Shown: positions 43,501-57,972 of the stretch, one piece after another | How the letters are laid out: each line of letters begins with the position of its first letter | Position numbering within the stretch: the stretch's first letter is position 1 | NCBI GenBank assembly: GCA_964016885.1 | Contig: OZ024751.1 | Span: 6,882,001-6,946,000 of the forward strand | Direction: 5' to 3' | DNA length: 64,000 nucleotides | Source: Eledone cirrhosa | Taxonomy: Eukaryota | The notes under the pieces: generated by a model | Told to the model about the DNA's origin: nothing | Databases searched by the model: none | The model's input: the letters and a program-made list of their open reading frames with translations, nothing else | Program-made: the position numbers and the translations under genes

Positions 43501-45126
43501 GTACTGCAGTCTTGGGAATCCACAGTCTTTCTGGGAGAAATATCGCGACAGCATGTGCTTGGACATCCTAATCCAATCTCATTTCGCGTCCACACACAAG
43601 AATTTACAGTTTACATCTGAAATGTACAACTGCGGTCTCATATTTCTAGAAGATATACTTTTGGAAATGGGTGGCCGTCCCTTGAAGAACTACTGTATGG
43701 ATTCCCCTAAAAGAGAAAATGCGGCTGTTTGTAACCGTCCCTACTAAGGGAGAAATGTTACGATGCTGCCAGACTTCTGTCCTACGTTCAAGAAAGAGAG
43801 AAACTTTTGACTCTTGAACAAGCTGATGTCTATCCTTTTGTTTTGACCATGCTTGAAGACACTAACGGTGGCATCCACTTCCTTGATGCGCCAGGTGTCA
43901 CAGGAAAGAAATTTCTTTCTCAACCTCCTTCTTGCCAAAGTTCACCAACGTGGATAGATTGCTATTGCAATGGCGTCTCTAGGATTAGCAGCAACACTGC
44001 CATTCAACATTTAAGCTTCCCCTTAATATCGGTCATGTTGAAAATCCGACCACCATTGTAAAGAAGAATTCTGATGAGGCTGCTGTCTTTCAAAAATGCA
44101 AATTGATTGTCTGGGACGAGGTAACAATGTCCCACAAGAGCACTTGATGCAATCAATAAAACGCTACAAGACCTGAGCTCCAGCCCTAAACCGTTCGATG
44201 GCGTCGTTCTGCTTCTTGCTGGGGATTTTCGTCAAACTCTTCCCATTGTCCAAAAGGCCAACAAGTTGATGAAATAGATGCTTGCATTAAACATTCTCAT
44301 CTTTGGCGCTTCGTCCAGTCGAAAAAGTTAACCATCAACATGCGATCGATTCTCCACCAACAAGACGGTGACAATTACTTTGCTTCAAAGTTACTGGATG
44401 TTGGTAATGGGAACTTACCAACCGGCGTAAACGGTTTGGTTGACATAAGTACCATCGGTAATTACTTCTTCAGCCCTGAGGACATTTGCACAAGACCTAT
44501 CAACAAATTACGTCAGTCATCAAAGGATGTGTGAAAGGGCAATCTTAGCTCCTTACAAATGCCACCGTCCAAGCTCTTAACACATGTCTGCTTCGTCAAC
44601 TTCCTTCCCAAGAGCGATGTTATGCTGCGATTGATTCGAGTACGGATCCGACGCAAGTAACATTTTATCCAACAGAGTTTTTAAACTCACAAGAGCCATC
44701 GGGAATGCCACCGCATAAACCCTGCCTAAGACTTGGAAGTCCCATCATACTCTTCAAAAATTCGGAACCTCCCCAGCTTTGCAATGGCACACGCTTGGTT
44801 ATAACGCAAATGTTGGATAATGGTCTCGAGGCTACAATATTTACGGGAAAAGGCGCCGGCGACTCTGTTATATTTCCCGAGTTCCACTTATTCCAACTTT
44901 TTCCGATGAAAAAAGTCCAATTCCCCATTCGATTAATTTTGCAATGACCATTAACAAATCCCAGGGGCAGTCACTAAAAGTGGTTGGGCTGGACCTCAGT
45001 ATTCCATGCTTTTGACACGGCCAACTGCATGTGGGATGTTCAAGAGTTGGAAACTCGGCCAATCTCTTTTACTATGCTCTCGGAAGATTGACAAAACATG
45101 TGGTTTACAAGGCATCCCTCCAATAG
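40599..45126 (+). pseudogene. Helitron RepHel (HUH Rep + PIF1-like helicase), many stops and frameshifts
   Basis: YDALQYPLLFPFG, GRPDLFITFTGNPKW, VEWQKRGLPHAP (HUH mutated), YICKYIHKG, DAPGVTGK, IVWDE, GDFRQTLP, LCNGTRL, AMTINKSQGQSL. Confidence 0.95.
41902..41990 (+). other. Spliceosomal intron (89 nt, phase 0) in RepHel
   Basis: AAG|GTAACT...ccttttccAG|ATT; removal joins AFAK to IDTERL. Confidence 0.8.
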
Positions 45127-45648
45127 TTTTTCCGTGGAGTTGAAAGCGCCTTCAGGTTGGTCCTTATTGCGATTACTTACTTTTCAAATAGGTAATGTTA
45201 CTATACCAACAAATTCCCATTGATGAAATCAACCATTTTTTCATTTCAATGGACACCCTTCCACATGCTCCAGGTTATTTCATAATTCAATTAAACATGT
45301 AGTTTCTTACAGATTGCCTTCATGTCAAGCGAACTGTCGTCTAAGCTTTTTGTACCGATTCTTCAGCCATTCAGTCAATTAAACGACATTCCAAACAATA
45401 TTTCCATTTTTCTCTATTTTCACATTTTTCTCTATTTTCTATTTTCGATATTTCTCTATTTTCAGATTTTAATGACATATATCTGTAAATTAAACATGCG
45501 CTTTTTGAATACCGTCTCATTTTTGATTGAAAGAGTTGATCACGTAAAATTATCCTCCATGATAAACATCGACAAAACGGAATTTCACCATTAAGACTGC
45601 AGTCCCACCAAGAACTAACACCGTCCAATGAACGGGGGGCATTTGCTA

Positions 45649-45719
<71 letters not shown>

Positions 45720-46351
45720 TGTGTATCTGTACGTATGTATATTCGCACGACATCCACTCAACATCATTTCGCCTATCATATATCTTATTTCTTTTCTTGT
45801 TATTGTTATCATTACTGTCATCTCTATTTCACACACCCACTTTCTCATCATTATAACATCAACTACCACCACCACTACTATTACTATTATCAGTAACCGT
45901 ATTTTTACTTATTTTTTACTTTTTTAATATTTTTATTTTTTATACTTTTTTTTTATTATCGTTTATTATTGGTGTTATTGTTTTCATTCACTTTATTCTT
46001 CGATGTAGCTATAAATACCAATGCCATGTGTTACACCCTCCAGTATTCCGATGTTTATATCAGAGACACACATTGCATTTAAGGTCGAGTGATGCAATTT
46101 CGAGTTTTCAGCGGCCTTTAGACTCACCTGATCAATGAAACAATTGTTAATACTGTAAATAAAATCCACTTTGTACAACCAACCATGTTATTCTTCACTC
46201 TTTCACTATTATTACTCCAAGAATAACCCACATGGGGATTCCCGCAAACTCGCTACATAACTACGGAAACCTCTTGTTGAGTCAAACAACGCTGTACGTT
46301 AAAACTATCCACAATTACCTAAAACGATAACGTATTATCCCATATATATAT

Positions 46352-46662
46352 AAGGATGAAATCGAAAATGCAACTGTAGTCTTCTTTTTTTAAATATATA
46401 TATTTATTCGGTTCCTTTACCGGTTTCGGAGTTCTTCTGCTTTTCAAAAGTAGAGTTGAGATGGAGAAACCACAGACCCTCCATGTTAACTCTACTTTTG
46501 AAAAGCAGAAGAAATGCGAAACCAGTAAAGGCACCAAATAAATATATATATATTAAAAAAAGACTCCAGTTGCATTTGTGATTTCATCCTTTTTCCTTAT
46601 ATCTTCACTCGTGTAGGACAGCTCGGTTATTTTTTATTTTGTAAAAATACCTCACTTTCTCA
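46352..46662. mobile_element. Fold-back pLTR pair (family D) with U3-A8 hammerheads at 46415-46450 (-) and 46495-46530 (+)
   Basis: Arms 46352-46458 and 46488-46592; ctt-TTGAAAA-gca..tgc-GAAA-cc(g/a)g-TA-aag. Confidence 0.75.
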
Positions 46663-46669
46663 TATATAT

Positions 46670-46790
46670 GTGAAGGCGTGTGGCCGAGTGGTTAGAGAAT
46701 TGGATTCCTAATCGTGAGGTTGTAAGTTCGATTCCCGGACCGGGCGATGCGTTATGTCCTTGAGCAAGACACTTTATTTCACGTTGCTCC
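46670..46790 (+). mobile_element. SINE family 2 head (3'-truncated)
   Basis: A-box TGGCCGAGTGG, B-box GTTCGATTCCC, tgtccttgagcaagacact core. Confidence 0.8.
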
Positions 46791-46888
46791 TTCTACCTGG
46801 AGTTGCGACCGATAGAGAGTACTAGCAATTGGAAAGACCAACGGAAACATTGTTTCCTCGGTCCGATTTGACGAAAGTCGATCGACTG

Positions 46889-46923
<35 letters not shown>

Positions 46924-47187
46924 AAGTGAGGTAATTTTTTTAATATAAGGAACTGTTTCTTTGTTTATTCATTATTTTATTAATTTATCTTGACTCTGTT
47001 TTCCGTTAATTTTTGGTAGATTTATCTACATACTTTGCTCCTATTTTATGGGGATATTCTTATTTTTGTGAATGTATATGCATTGTATGTGTATATATAT
47101 TTATATATATATACATATATGTGTATAACTTTATAACTCCATATATAAATACTTGAGTTCTTTTTCTTGTCCATTATCCATATCACA

Positions 47188-49689
47188 ATGGAAAAACAAT
47201 ACTTGGGAACTTCTTTAAAGAATATACCATTACCTTCTAAGGATGATTTCTTACTTCTTATGATACAAAAAACCAACCAATTTATCAGTAGAGTCAGATG
47301 GAGGGCCTACCACTTCGATAAAAAAAAACAAAATGTACTGATAGGAAATATTTGTATGATTTCACTACATATAAACATCCACCACACAACTCCTCACTTG
47401 AAAACTTTGAGAAAGACCTTTTTAATTTAATCAAACACCTCAAATTTAAGAGGTATAAATCTAATTTTCAAAAGGACCTTGATTCTACCCTATTGGACCT
47501 AAAAAAATCTAAAAAAAATCCATGTCCACTCGGACAAAACTGGAAATCTATATCACATGGATATTGAAAATTACAATGAGTTCATATATAAAGAACTCAG
47601 GAAAAGTTATAGAAAAACGAACAATGCGTCACTTACCAACATCAACAATAAAACACACAGCATAGTGAATAGACTTAATATTGAAGATATAACTGAACCT
47701 CTGGCACTGAAAAGACCACATTTCAACCTGAAAGATCATAAATCTAACTTTAACTCTAATCCTTCTATAAGGCTTATATGCCCTTCCAAATCTGATATTG
47801 GAATCATTAGTAAAAAAAATTTAGATAGAGTCATCCCACAACTAAGAAAACATGTTAATTTACCACTCTGGGAAAACACATCCCAGGTAATTAACTGGTT
47901 TAATAATATTAGAAATAAATCCTCTGCTTCATTTCTACAATTTGATATAGATAATTATTATTCTTCTATATCACCTATACTCCTGAACAAAGCCTTGATA
48001 TTTGCTAAAAATAGATCTAACTTAACTTTGGATGACATTAATATTATTACACATGCTAGACTAACACTATTGGAATTTCAAAATGAATACTGGACCAGAA
48101 ACACATATAGTAATCTATTCGATATTACTATGGGCTCAAGCGATTCTGCCCAAATTACTGATCTTTTTAACATAGATGCTTCCTTTCCCCACCTTTCCCC
48201 ACCTTTCCCCAAAGGTGCTTTATATCGTGACGACTGTCTTCTTCTTTCCAATAACCTTAATAAACCTTAATTCTTTCCAATAACCTTAATAAACCTTCTT
48301 TCCAATAACCTTAGCCTTTCAGAGATAGAAAAAAATAAAAAGCTTATTAGCACCTTCCTTAAAGACTATTATAGTCTAGATATTACATTTGAAAACACAA
48401 GTAAAGTAGTTAATTTCCTAGATATAACATTAGACTTATCTACGGGTATTTACCAACCTTTCCTTAAACCTAATAAAAATTGACACTACATACACTCAGA
48501 ATCTAATCACCCTAAATCTATCATTAAAAACCTTGCATATAATATATCACTTAGAATTTCTAACCTTTCGTCTAACCAGGATGTATTTGATAAAAATGCG
48601 ACCTTTTATAACGAAGCTCTAGCTAGAAGTGGCCACAAAAATAAATTAGTATATATACCTTCTACCAATAACACTACAAACATAGAACCTAATATTACCA
48701 ACAAACACCAAATGAAACATACACACCTAAATGCCACTCACACTATACCCCAAAACACCAACATAAAATCAAATTTGTCTAACTCTTCTAATATACAATA
48801 TAGTAACTCTCAAAAAACTACTCATCCTACAACTCTAATAAATGTTAATAATAAAACTTCTAATAAACAAGCTAAAACACCTAAATCAATAAATCTAACT
48901 AAAAATGTGTGTGGTGAAGTCATTAACAATAATTCTCTTAATAAACATCAGGATACATCCTATAAAAACAATAAACAACATCGAAACCGTAATAGACGAG
49001 TTACTTGGTATAATGCTCCATTTAATTTACAAATTAAGGAAAATATACCTAAAAAATTCTTTAATATCCTAGAGAAAAACTTAACGCCAAACCACAAATA
49101 CCATCAAATTTTAAATAGATCAACGGTTAAATTCTCCTACTCAACAACCAAAAACATAAAACAAAATATAAGTGCCTACAATGCATATAAATGTAAAAGA
49201 ACCATGAGTATACCACCAGTACATCAAACTAACCATAATATCTCCTCAGATACAGGATTCACGAAAAGTTGTAACTGTAGAAACAAGGCAAACTGCCCAT
49301 TAAAAGGAAATTGCCTTGTTAATAACATAGTATATAAATGTAAAGTTAACACTAAGGACTCAATTTATTCATATATAGGAGCTACCTCTAACAAATTTAA
49401 GGTAAGATTTAATACCCACAAACATAGTTTTAAAAAATGCCGCACTAGCTAATACAACATCTCTAGCTGAAATAATTAATAATTATAGAAAGAGGAATAT
49501 AGATTATGACCTGACCTGCTTAAAAGGGCCACCCCTTATCAAAATAAGAGATATGAATGTAGATTATGTTCCCAAGAACTTTTTGAAATAATGAAATCTA
49601 AGGATATCCTATTAAATAAGCGACAGGAATTAATAATATCGTGTAATCATAAACTGAGAAAAACCTTTAAATATTATAAACCTAATTAA
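47188..49689 (+). pseudogene. Naiad-type PLE RT + GIY-YIG
   Basis: SLKNIP.P, RVRWRA, DKTGNLY, LKDHK, RLICPSKSDIG, QFDIDNYY, FDITMGS, YRDD, NFLDITL, CNCR....CPL.GNCL..NIVYKC, YIG. Confidence 0.92.
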
Positions 49690-49948
49690 TATACACTTTA
49701 GAAATTAATATATAAACTGTTTTTAATTTAGTTAACCTATAATTAATATTCTACTACTGATGAACTACATAATTTTACTTTCCTTCTTACAACTATCATT
49801 TCCTAAAACTGATACCATTAAATAAACATATATAATGCTTTAATTTCAGGTTATGAATCTATGTTCCTTGAAATCTCTATATATTTATTATTTCTCAGTA
49901 ATATATTTAATCCCCCCCCCAATAATTATATGTATATGTATGTATGTA

Positions 49949-50081
<133 letters not shown>

Positions 50082-50820
50082 ATGTGTGTGTGTATGTATA
50101 TAAATATATATATGTATATATATATTATTTTTATATTCTTTTAATTTCCCCTCATCTTTAACAGCACTCTTCAACTACATTTAACTATTATTTATCATAT
50201 CTATATGCATTAGTGTAATTTTATAAATATAAATATACCCATCAATTAAATTAATTTATATTCTTTTAATAGATGTACTTTTTTCACTAACACTCTTATA
50301 GTAAAATTTTAGTCTCCTTAGATATTTGCATTGGCATTACTATTTTATAACAGCAACTGCTCGTATACCTTTTATTGCCCTGACCTATTTTCACCCCTAA
50401 AATAACCTTCTCATTCTTCACACTCCATTCAAAACTGAAATCTGCCTTATTCTACCCCTAAAATAAACTACAATTACTACTATTTTACCATTTGGCCAAT
50501 TATTAACTTTCTATTGGTTAACTCTAAACCTCTTACCAAACAGACAGACTATATTAGATCTTTGTTGGTTTTATTCAATGAACAAACATAATTATGTCTG
50601 AGGTCAGCATACGACCTATTTTCATCCCTAAAACAATCTTTCATTCATAATAATCTTTTCCATCCAAAACTGAAATCTACCTTCCTCTACCCATAATTTA
50701 AGGTTCTTCTACTACTATATTACTATCTTGACCCTCACTATCTTTTTATTGGTTAATTCAAAACCTGTTCCCAAACAGACCTATTGTATTGAATCTTTGT
50801 TTTATTCAATAAACAAATAT

Positions 50821-50960
50821 CATTATTTTTGAAGACATCATATATATGTGTAGGTATGGATATTCCCTCTGATAGTTTGTATAAATATTGTACATAGATC
50901 TATAGAATATGCATACCAACTCTAACACATATATATCCTAGAAACGATCGTAAAATGATG
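50821..50960 (+). ncRNA. Hammerhead-like motif with ~105-nt stem II
   Basis: cattattt-TTGAAGA...ccta-GAAA-cgatcg-TA-aaatgatg (8-bp stem I). Confidence 0.6.
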
Positions 50961-51026
50961 AATTTTTTAAATATAAGGAACTGTTTCTTTGTTTATTCAT
51001 TATTTTATTAATATATATATATATAT

Positions 51027-51183
51027 AACGAAGGAAATGTGGTAAGGAACCAGGTGGACCATAACGCACCAAAGTACTCAATACTTAGGGTAGTAGAGTG
51101 GGTAATAGGAACAAGTAAGACCCCGACGGCTGAGCTCAAGCCGTTTCGACGGCTAATTCTCAGCCGTCGGGGTCTTACTTGTT

Positions 51184-51187
<4 letters not shown>
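51027..51187 (-). mobile_element. Family C hairpin element
   Basis: Perfect outer arms ataggaacaagtaagaccccgacggctgag and its complement. Confidence 0.85.
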
Positions 51188-51223
<36 letters not shown>

Positions 51224-51377
51224 TAGATAGATATATCTATATATATATATCTATCAGTATATATCTATCTTTCTATATATATCTATATCTCTATATATAT
51301 GTGTGTGTGTCTACCTATATATCTATCTATATTTCTAGCTATCGATATATCTATGTATATTTTTATATCTATCTTTA

Positions 51378-51467
<90 letters not shown>

Positions 51468-51854
51468 AGGAAGGTAACACACGAGTTGATATACATAAAA
51501 ACAAATTGTAGCGAGGAAAAATAATTGTTTAGTCGAAAATGCTGAAGAGATTCTTTTAGTATAATATCAAAATATTTATTTATTCATAAAGTGGATATTC
51601 CCGCATTTAATAATACCCGTTTCAGCATTATATACTTTTTCAACTGTGGATAAGCACAATGTAGTTATGTTGCATATTTATACGAATAATAAGAAGGAAG
51701 GGGAAGAATAATTATTAGTTTTTTACATAGATATTTAGAGAGGAAAGACAAACACACACACGCATATATATATTTAAAGTTTAAACAAGGTTAAATGAAT
51801 AAATCAATTAATAAAGTTTTACAATAGATTAGAAGCACTCCATGCGTCTGTAGC

Positions 51855-54760
51855 AATCAAAACACCACTGGCAAATCTATTCTTTAAAGTTTTAGATAAA
51901 TGTTTTCCCCAAAAAACATAAATACCGTTCCATATTCAGCAGACACACATTTAAGCTTTTTTATTCTACACCTATGAATATGGCACAGCACATTGCAAAA
52001 ATAAATAGTAGAATTCTAAATCATAACCAACAAACAATTAGGGATAATGAATATATTAACACTAACAATATTAATACTGGGAATAACAATAACATTAATT
52101 TAAGCACTATCGATAGAATACTTCCAAGTACTAGCAATGTTAATGTCAATTGTTCAATTTATAGTAATAACAATCAATCGAAATGTAATTGTAGAAATAG
52201 ATCAAATTGCCCTCTGCAAAATAATTGTCTGGATAGCAATCTGGTCTATAAATGCACAGTAAAATCAAATAACATCACATACAACTATATTGGTGCAACT
52301 TCATCGACATTTAAATTAAGATTTTCGAATCACAAATATTCTTTCTCAAATCCTAATAGGAAACTTTCGACCTCTTTATCACAACTTATATGGTCATTAA
52401 AAGACAAAAATTTAAAATACTCGATGTCTTTGTCCAAGCTGTGTAATGGACAAATCTACTTGAATTCTTCAATATCACCTAACTGCAATCTTGTACTATG
52501 GAGACCCTATTAATAATGACTAATTATGATAATTTAATTAACAAAAAAAATGAATTATTCTCAAATTGCTTACATAAAGCTTCTTCTACATTCTAAGCCT
52601 CACAAAAAGTCAGGAAAAAACATTGAAAAACACATTGAATAAATAAGTTTTGATTTTGACGTTTATTATCAACTGAGTGCGTAAAACGATACTATAACAG
52701 ATTATAAAATCTTCTAATAATTTTTATTTATTTATGATATGATTAATGTTGGATTAAGGGTTCTACATAAACATATAAACTGTTAACATGATCTTTTGAT
52801 GAGTATGCATATCATTTGATTGTTTAAATACGTCTAATTTGTGGGGGTTTATTGTACTTTTAAAGTATATAGCTTATATGTTTGACAATTATAAGGAATT
52901 GTAAACCATTCGTTTATTTATTTCGAATATGTTGTTCTAAGATTCAAGAAGTTTGATTTATATATTTATGGTATATGTGTCGTACACGATCCTAGTTGAC
53001 TAACTTTTTCCACTTAACTTGATGTAAAACTTTATTTATAACACTATTAACAGTAATTGTATTTATTATATGTATATAATTGACTATTATCGTCTTAAAC
53101 TTTAAACAGTATACTCTGTATGTATTTAGACAAATGTGTATATCTAGTTTAATAATATCCTTCTTCAGTACACTTATAATGCCTTTGGATACTTAAGAGC
53201 ATTCTAGTTTTATAATTGTTAATTATTTTCTAAATTATATAATGATTATTTTTAATATAATTAAATAATATAATTAAATTTGTATTACCTTCGGGTTGCT
53301 GAAAATCTTAAGTCTTTTCTTTCTCATGTTTGGAAACACTTTAAATATGATATTATACTATAATATAAATCCTTACAAATTTTCTTGTATTTTTAAATTA
53401 TATAGCTTATATATTTGACACTTAGAGGATCGCAAACCATTTATTTATTAAGAATCTGTGTTTTATGATTCATAAAGTTTGATTTGTATATTTATAGTAT
53501 ATATGTATTACATCATCCTAGTTGAATAATATTTTTAATATAATACTTGACGTAAAACTTTATTTTTAACACTATTAACAGTAATTATATTTATTATATT
53601 ATATATAACTGACTAATATCGTCTTAAACTTTAAACAATGTACTCTTTGTATAAATTTAGACAAATGCGTATATCTAGTTTAATAATATCCTTTTTAAGT
53701 ACACTTATATGGCCTTTGGATACTTAAGGGCATTCTAATTTTAAATTTATAATTGTAATTATTTTCTAAATTATATAATGATTATTTTTAAATATAAAAT
53801 TTCTTTAATATAAACAAATTTTTTTAATATAATTTAATTTGGATTACCTTCTGCATGAAGAAAATCTTAAGTCTTTTCTTTCACATGTTTGCAAATACTT
53901 TAAATATGATATTATACTTTAATATAAATCCTTATACATTTTATAGTCAGAAATCATATGCCATTATATTAATTCACTATTTCTAACTAACATAAATATT
54001 AGAAATTTAACGGCCATCCGGATGCGCTGGGATATATCTATATTTGATTAATTGACTATTTATAATTAACTTAAGGATTCGAAAATAAACCGTCATATAA
54101 CTACACCCAGATATATATTTGATATTTTGATTGATTGATTATTTCTAAATAATTTAACGATTCGAAATTATTCATTCACAAAGCTATGCCCAAATATATA
54201 TTTATATATATATATTTTTACATCATCTAATTATACGCTGTTTATCCACGACAATACAAATATCCCTCCCTGTGTTTTATACTATAAAAATTATTTTCTC
54301 CTCCTTTCTCTATCTTTAATCAATTTTCTTTTGCTTTCGTGCATAATATATTTCTATACTTCTAGTCATTCTCTTTTTCCTCATCTGTTTTCTCTCTCTG
54401 TCTTTCACTACTTCTTTCTTCAATAATTTAAATTATTTAAATTTCTAACAGTTATGTAGGTTTATATTATATTAGTAGTTGTTTATTATTATGTATCTTT
54501 ATAAGCTATCTCACACGCACCCTCTGTATTATATGTAATTTGTTCATGTCTCAATCTTAAGGTATATAATATTGAGTTTTGTCCTATCTTATTCACTGCC
54601 ATGACCGAATTTTAACCATCTACTTAGTGAAGGTATGTCAAGCATCATCTTATTTTATCTGATGAGGACATACTATTGAAGATAGCTCAGTACCTCTGAA
54701 ATATGTATAATAAAATATACTTGATCACACGAATGTCTATATTTGATAATATTTTGAATT
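51855..54760 (+). mobile_element. 5'-truncated Naiad-type PLE: GIY-YIG (51974-52597), long 3'UTR with ~535-bp tandem duplication, HHR at 54651-54717
   Basis: CNCRNRSNCPLQNNCLDSNLVYKC..YIGATS; 52859-53380 resembles 53392-53938; tattttat-CTGATGA..GAAA-tatgta-TA-ataaaata. Confidence 0.8.
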
Positions 54761-54789
54761 AATATATATATATATATATATATATATAG

Positions 54790-56210
54790 GGAGAAAAAAT
54801 GGATTATTAGGAAGAAGAAAATATTTTTTGCTTATTTTTTTCTCTTTTCTCTAGGTTAGAAAATGTTTAAAACAAAATATTTTACTTTGTGTTAAGTGTT
54901 AAGGTATTAGTTAATTTATGTATTAATTAATAATAGCATTTATTTATTTATTTAATGATTATCAATTACCGGTATCAGCATTTTATGCATTATCAAATTA
55001 TGTGAGTGGAAGAGGAAAAAAAAGGGCGAATTTGTATTGGCTAAGTTGATGTTGAACATCTTATTGAAATGGGAAAGAAAGAATAATATTATTTACAAAT
55101 AAGGTTTTTGTAGTAAAAAAAAGGGTTCATGTGGAACATGATAAGGTAATGGGAAAGAAAGAATAATATTTACAACCATTGTTTTCTGAGGAAAACGGTT
55201 CACAAAATATTATTATGGCACGATCGCTTAAAGCAGTTGATCCTTGATGGAGGCAAATATCCGTCTGGGATTGGATGTGTGTTTACATTTTAGAGAATTA
55301 ATATGCAGGGGGGGGGGGTAATTCAGGGTAGCCGGGTAGGAGAAAGAGAGCAGAGGCAGTAATTCATTTATATGAGAAAGGGATTAGGTAGGGTGAAAGG
55401 GAGATAAATCTTTAGATAATGTAGGGATTTGGGATTATGGTTCATTGTTCGTTCCAGTTTTAGTTTAGTCCGAAGTTTAGTCCATTAAGTATAGGTTGGA
55501 ATTTGTTAATGAAGTACGTTTCCTTAGTACGATGGATGAAAGAAGCGTTGTCTATGAATTTGTAAATGGGGAAAATTCTAAAGATTGGTAGTTGGTTAGG
55601 TGCACAATTGGCGATATGTTCACTAAACGCAATCATTCTGTATTCCTGTATTTTGATATGTGATCTATGGCCGGTCATACGTTGTCGGGGCTGTTTTTGT
55701 TTTTTGTCTGTCCTAAGTAGTGCTCTCGACAACCTGAGCAGGGCAAAATATAAATTAGGTTTTCAGATGCACATGTAAAGTTGTATTTAACTGTGAAATA
55801 TTGTCCTTGTTTAAAGTGGAATGTAGAACTTTCTATTAGATTTATGCGTATCCCACAGTTGGGCCGTCCGTATTTCTTTACTGTGAACTTCATTGTGAGG
55901 GTTGGTTGGATTTTGGCTGTGTGAGGATGTTTTTTATGGATTTTGGTTGTTTTTTGCTCTTTATGATGATGTGTGATTGGAGAATTTTATTCATTCTTGG
56001 GTTTCCTTTTAGTAAAGGAATGTTCTGGAGGATGGTGTTGAATGCCTCATAGTTGAGGTGGTTGTGTGTGGAGATGTATGGGAGAGTTTTCTGTTTCGGT
56101 TCATACCTGGGTTTGGGGTCTCTGGGTTCCTGGATGTTGAGTTTTAGGGCACGTTGGAATGCATTGTTGATTAGGGATGGTGGGTAAATTCTGCTTTAAT
56201 TCTTCTAGTC
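54790..56210 (-). mobile_element. 5'-truncated, decayed Neptune-type PLE
   Basis: NFTCASENLIYILPCSGC..YLGQT, RMTGHRSHI; similar to the 7515-9791 C-terminus; degenerate HHR near 54964-54999. Confidence 0.85.
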
Positions 56211-56237
56211 GATATATATATATATATATACATATGC

Positions 56238-56278
<41 letters not shown>

Positions 56279-56364
56279 CATATGTATGTATATATATATA
56301 TATATTTATATATATATGTATATATATATATATTCACATATACATGTATATATATATATATATA

Positions 56365-56490
56365 AAATGATATTAAATAAATGGAAACTATATTGATAAA
56401 ACCATATTTATTTTATTATATATATTTCAAGGGCAACCGAGACAACATTGGTACGCTTTCATAAGATAAAATACACAGTTTGTTTTATAA
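56365..56490 (-). repeat. Family G pLTR fragment with HHR motif (core CTTATGA)
   Basis: Homologous to 21050-21160. Confidence 0.7.
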
Positions 56491-56505
56491 ATAGAGACGT
56501 ACACA

Positions 56506-57935
56506 TGAAAATATTACCTTATCGGTTGGAAATTCACCAGTGAATTTCCAACCGATAAGGTATGATTTTCAACGACCATTCCACATATTACAATGAAGCT
56601 CTTGCTCGGAGTGGATTTGTCGATAAGGTAGCATATACAGAGTACGAGAATAGACCTAGAAGAAATAGATCCCGACGCATTATATGGTTGGTAGTATTGG
56701 TAGAGAGTCGGACGCCATGCTTTGACGCATAGCGTTACGGCCCTTGCTATTCTAAGTTCAAATCCCGCCGGGGTTAACTTTGCCTTTCATCCTTACGGGG
56801 TCGATAAAATAAAGTACCAGTAATACACTGGATAATTTGCTGGCCTTGTGCCTAAAGTAGAAACAATTATATGGTATAACCCACCATATAATATGGAGGT
56901 GGCTACACCATTAGCTAAGATCTTTCTATCCCTTATTATGAAGCATTTTCCCCCTACACATAAATATAGTAACATTTTTAATAGAAATACTACAAATATT
57001 TCTTACTCTGCGACTCCTAACCTTGCACATAACATAACAGCTTCAAATTTAGCTAAACTACCTAGCCGTAGGAACACGTGCAACCCTGTAGTTAGTACTA
57101 ACTCTAATTGTAGGAATCGGGTTGACTGCCCCCTATCCGGGAAATGCCTCTCTAGTAACATTGTCTACAAATGTAAGGTTGAAACACCCACATCCCATAG
57201 GGCCTACATAGGGCTAACCGCCAATAGATTCAAGCAGCGTCTTTACATGCATAACCATTCTTTTCGTTACCCTTTAAGAAGGAATATGACGTCACATTCA
57301 GCTTATATTTGGAGTCTAAAAGACAACCACACCCAATATAAGTTACACTGAGAGATCCTAGCTAGGGGTAGATCGTATAACGGAAATAAAAGACCATGTG
57401 ACATTTGCGCCACTGAGGCCCTGGAAATACTCTACGCCAAAGACCACATCTTAAACAAAAAATCTGAGGCAATTTCGGCTTGTAAACATAAATTGCACAA
57501 AACTTTCCTGTATTACAGCCCCACATTTATACCCTAACGGATAGTACGAACTACACGCGGATATTTTACGTCTTGATGTGGTAGCTAAGTATATGTTATG
57601 TTTATACCATTACTTATTTGTATAGATAATTATATATTACCTGTATGTTTTGTGAAGGTACGTATACTTTCTCGTACGTATATTTGATTGTATATGTTAT
57701 GGCGTATATATTATATATTCTGATACATATGCTTTTGATTATGTGTATATGTGAGTTTTGCGTCTGTGTGAGTATGCGGGTTCGTACGTATGTAGGGTGT
57801 GTGTATATGTGTACTTTGTGTTTTGGTTGACGTTCGTCTCCGAACATATGTGTATTTACATGTAGGTATGTGTGTGCGCTTGTTATATACGTATTTATAT
57901 ATTTAAATACGCTTATTTAATTATATGTATACACG

Positions 57936-57972
<37 letters not shown>

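Larger units (their letters stand above)
37737..45649 (+). mobile_element. Formerly autonomous Helitron
   Basis: 5' TCTACTATATAAG, RepHel pseudogene, 3' hairpin ccgtccaatgaacgg then CTAG|T into (TA)n. Confidence 0.85.

Noticed and set aside
46670-46745. tRNA gene
   Set aside because: A/B boxes run into a SINE core with a homologue at 25028; no convincing acceptor stem.
48481-48483. In-frame TGA in Naiad ORFs (also ~57349) as possible selenocysteine
   Set aside because: These positions appear to correspond to Leu/Trp rather than Cys, the copies are otherwise decayed, and no SECIS was identified.
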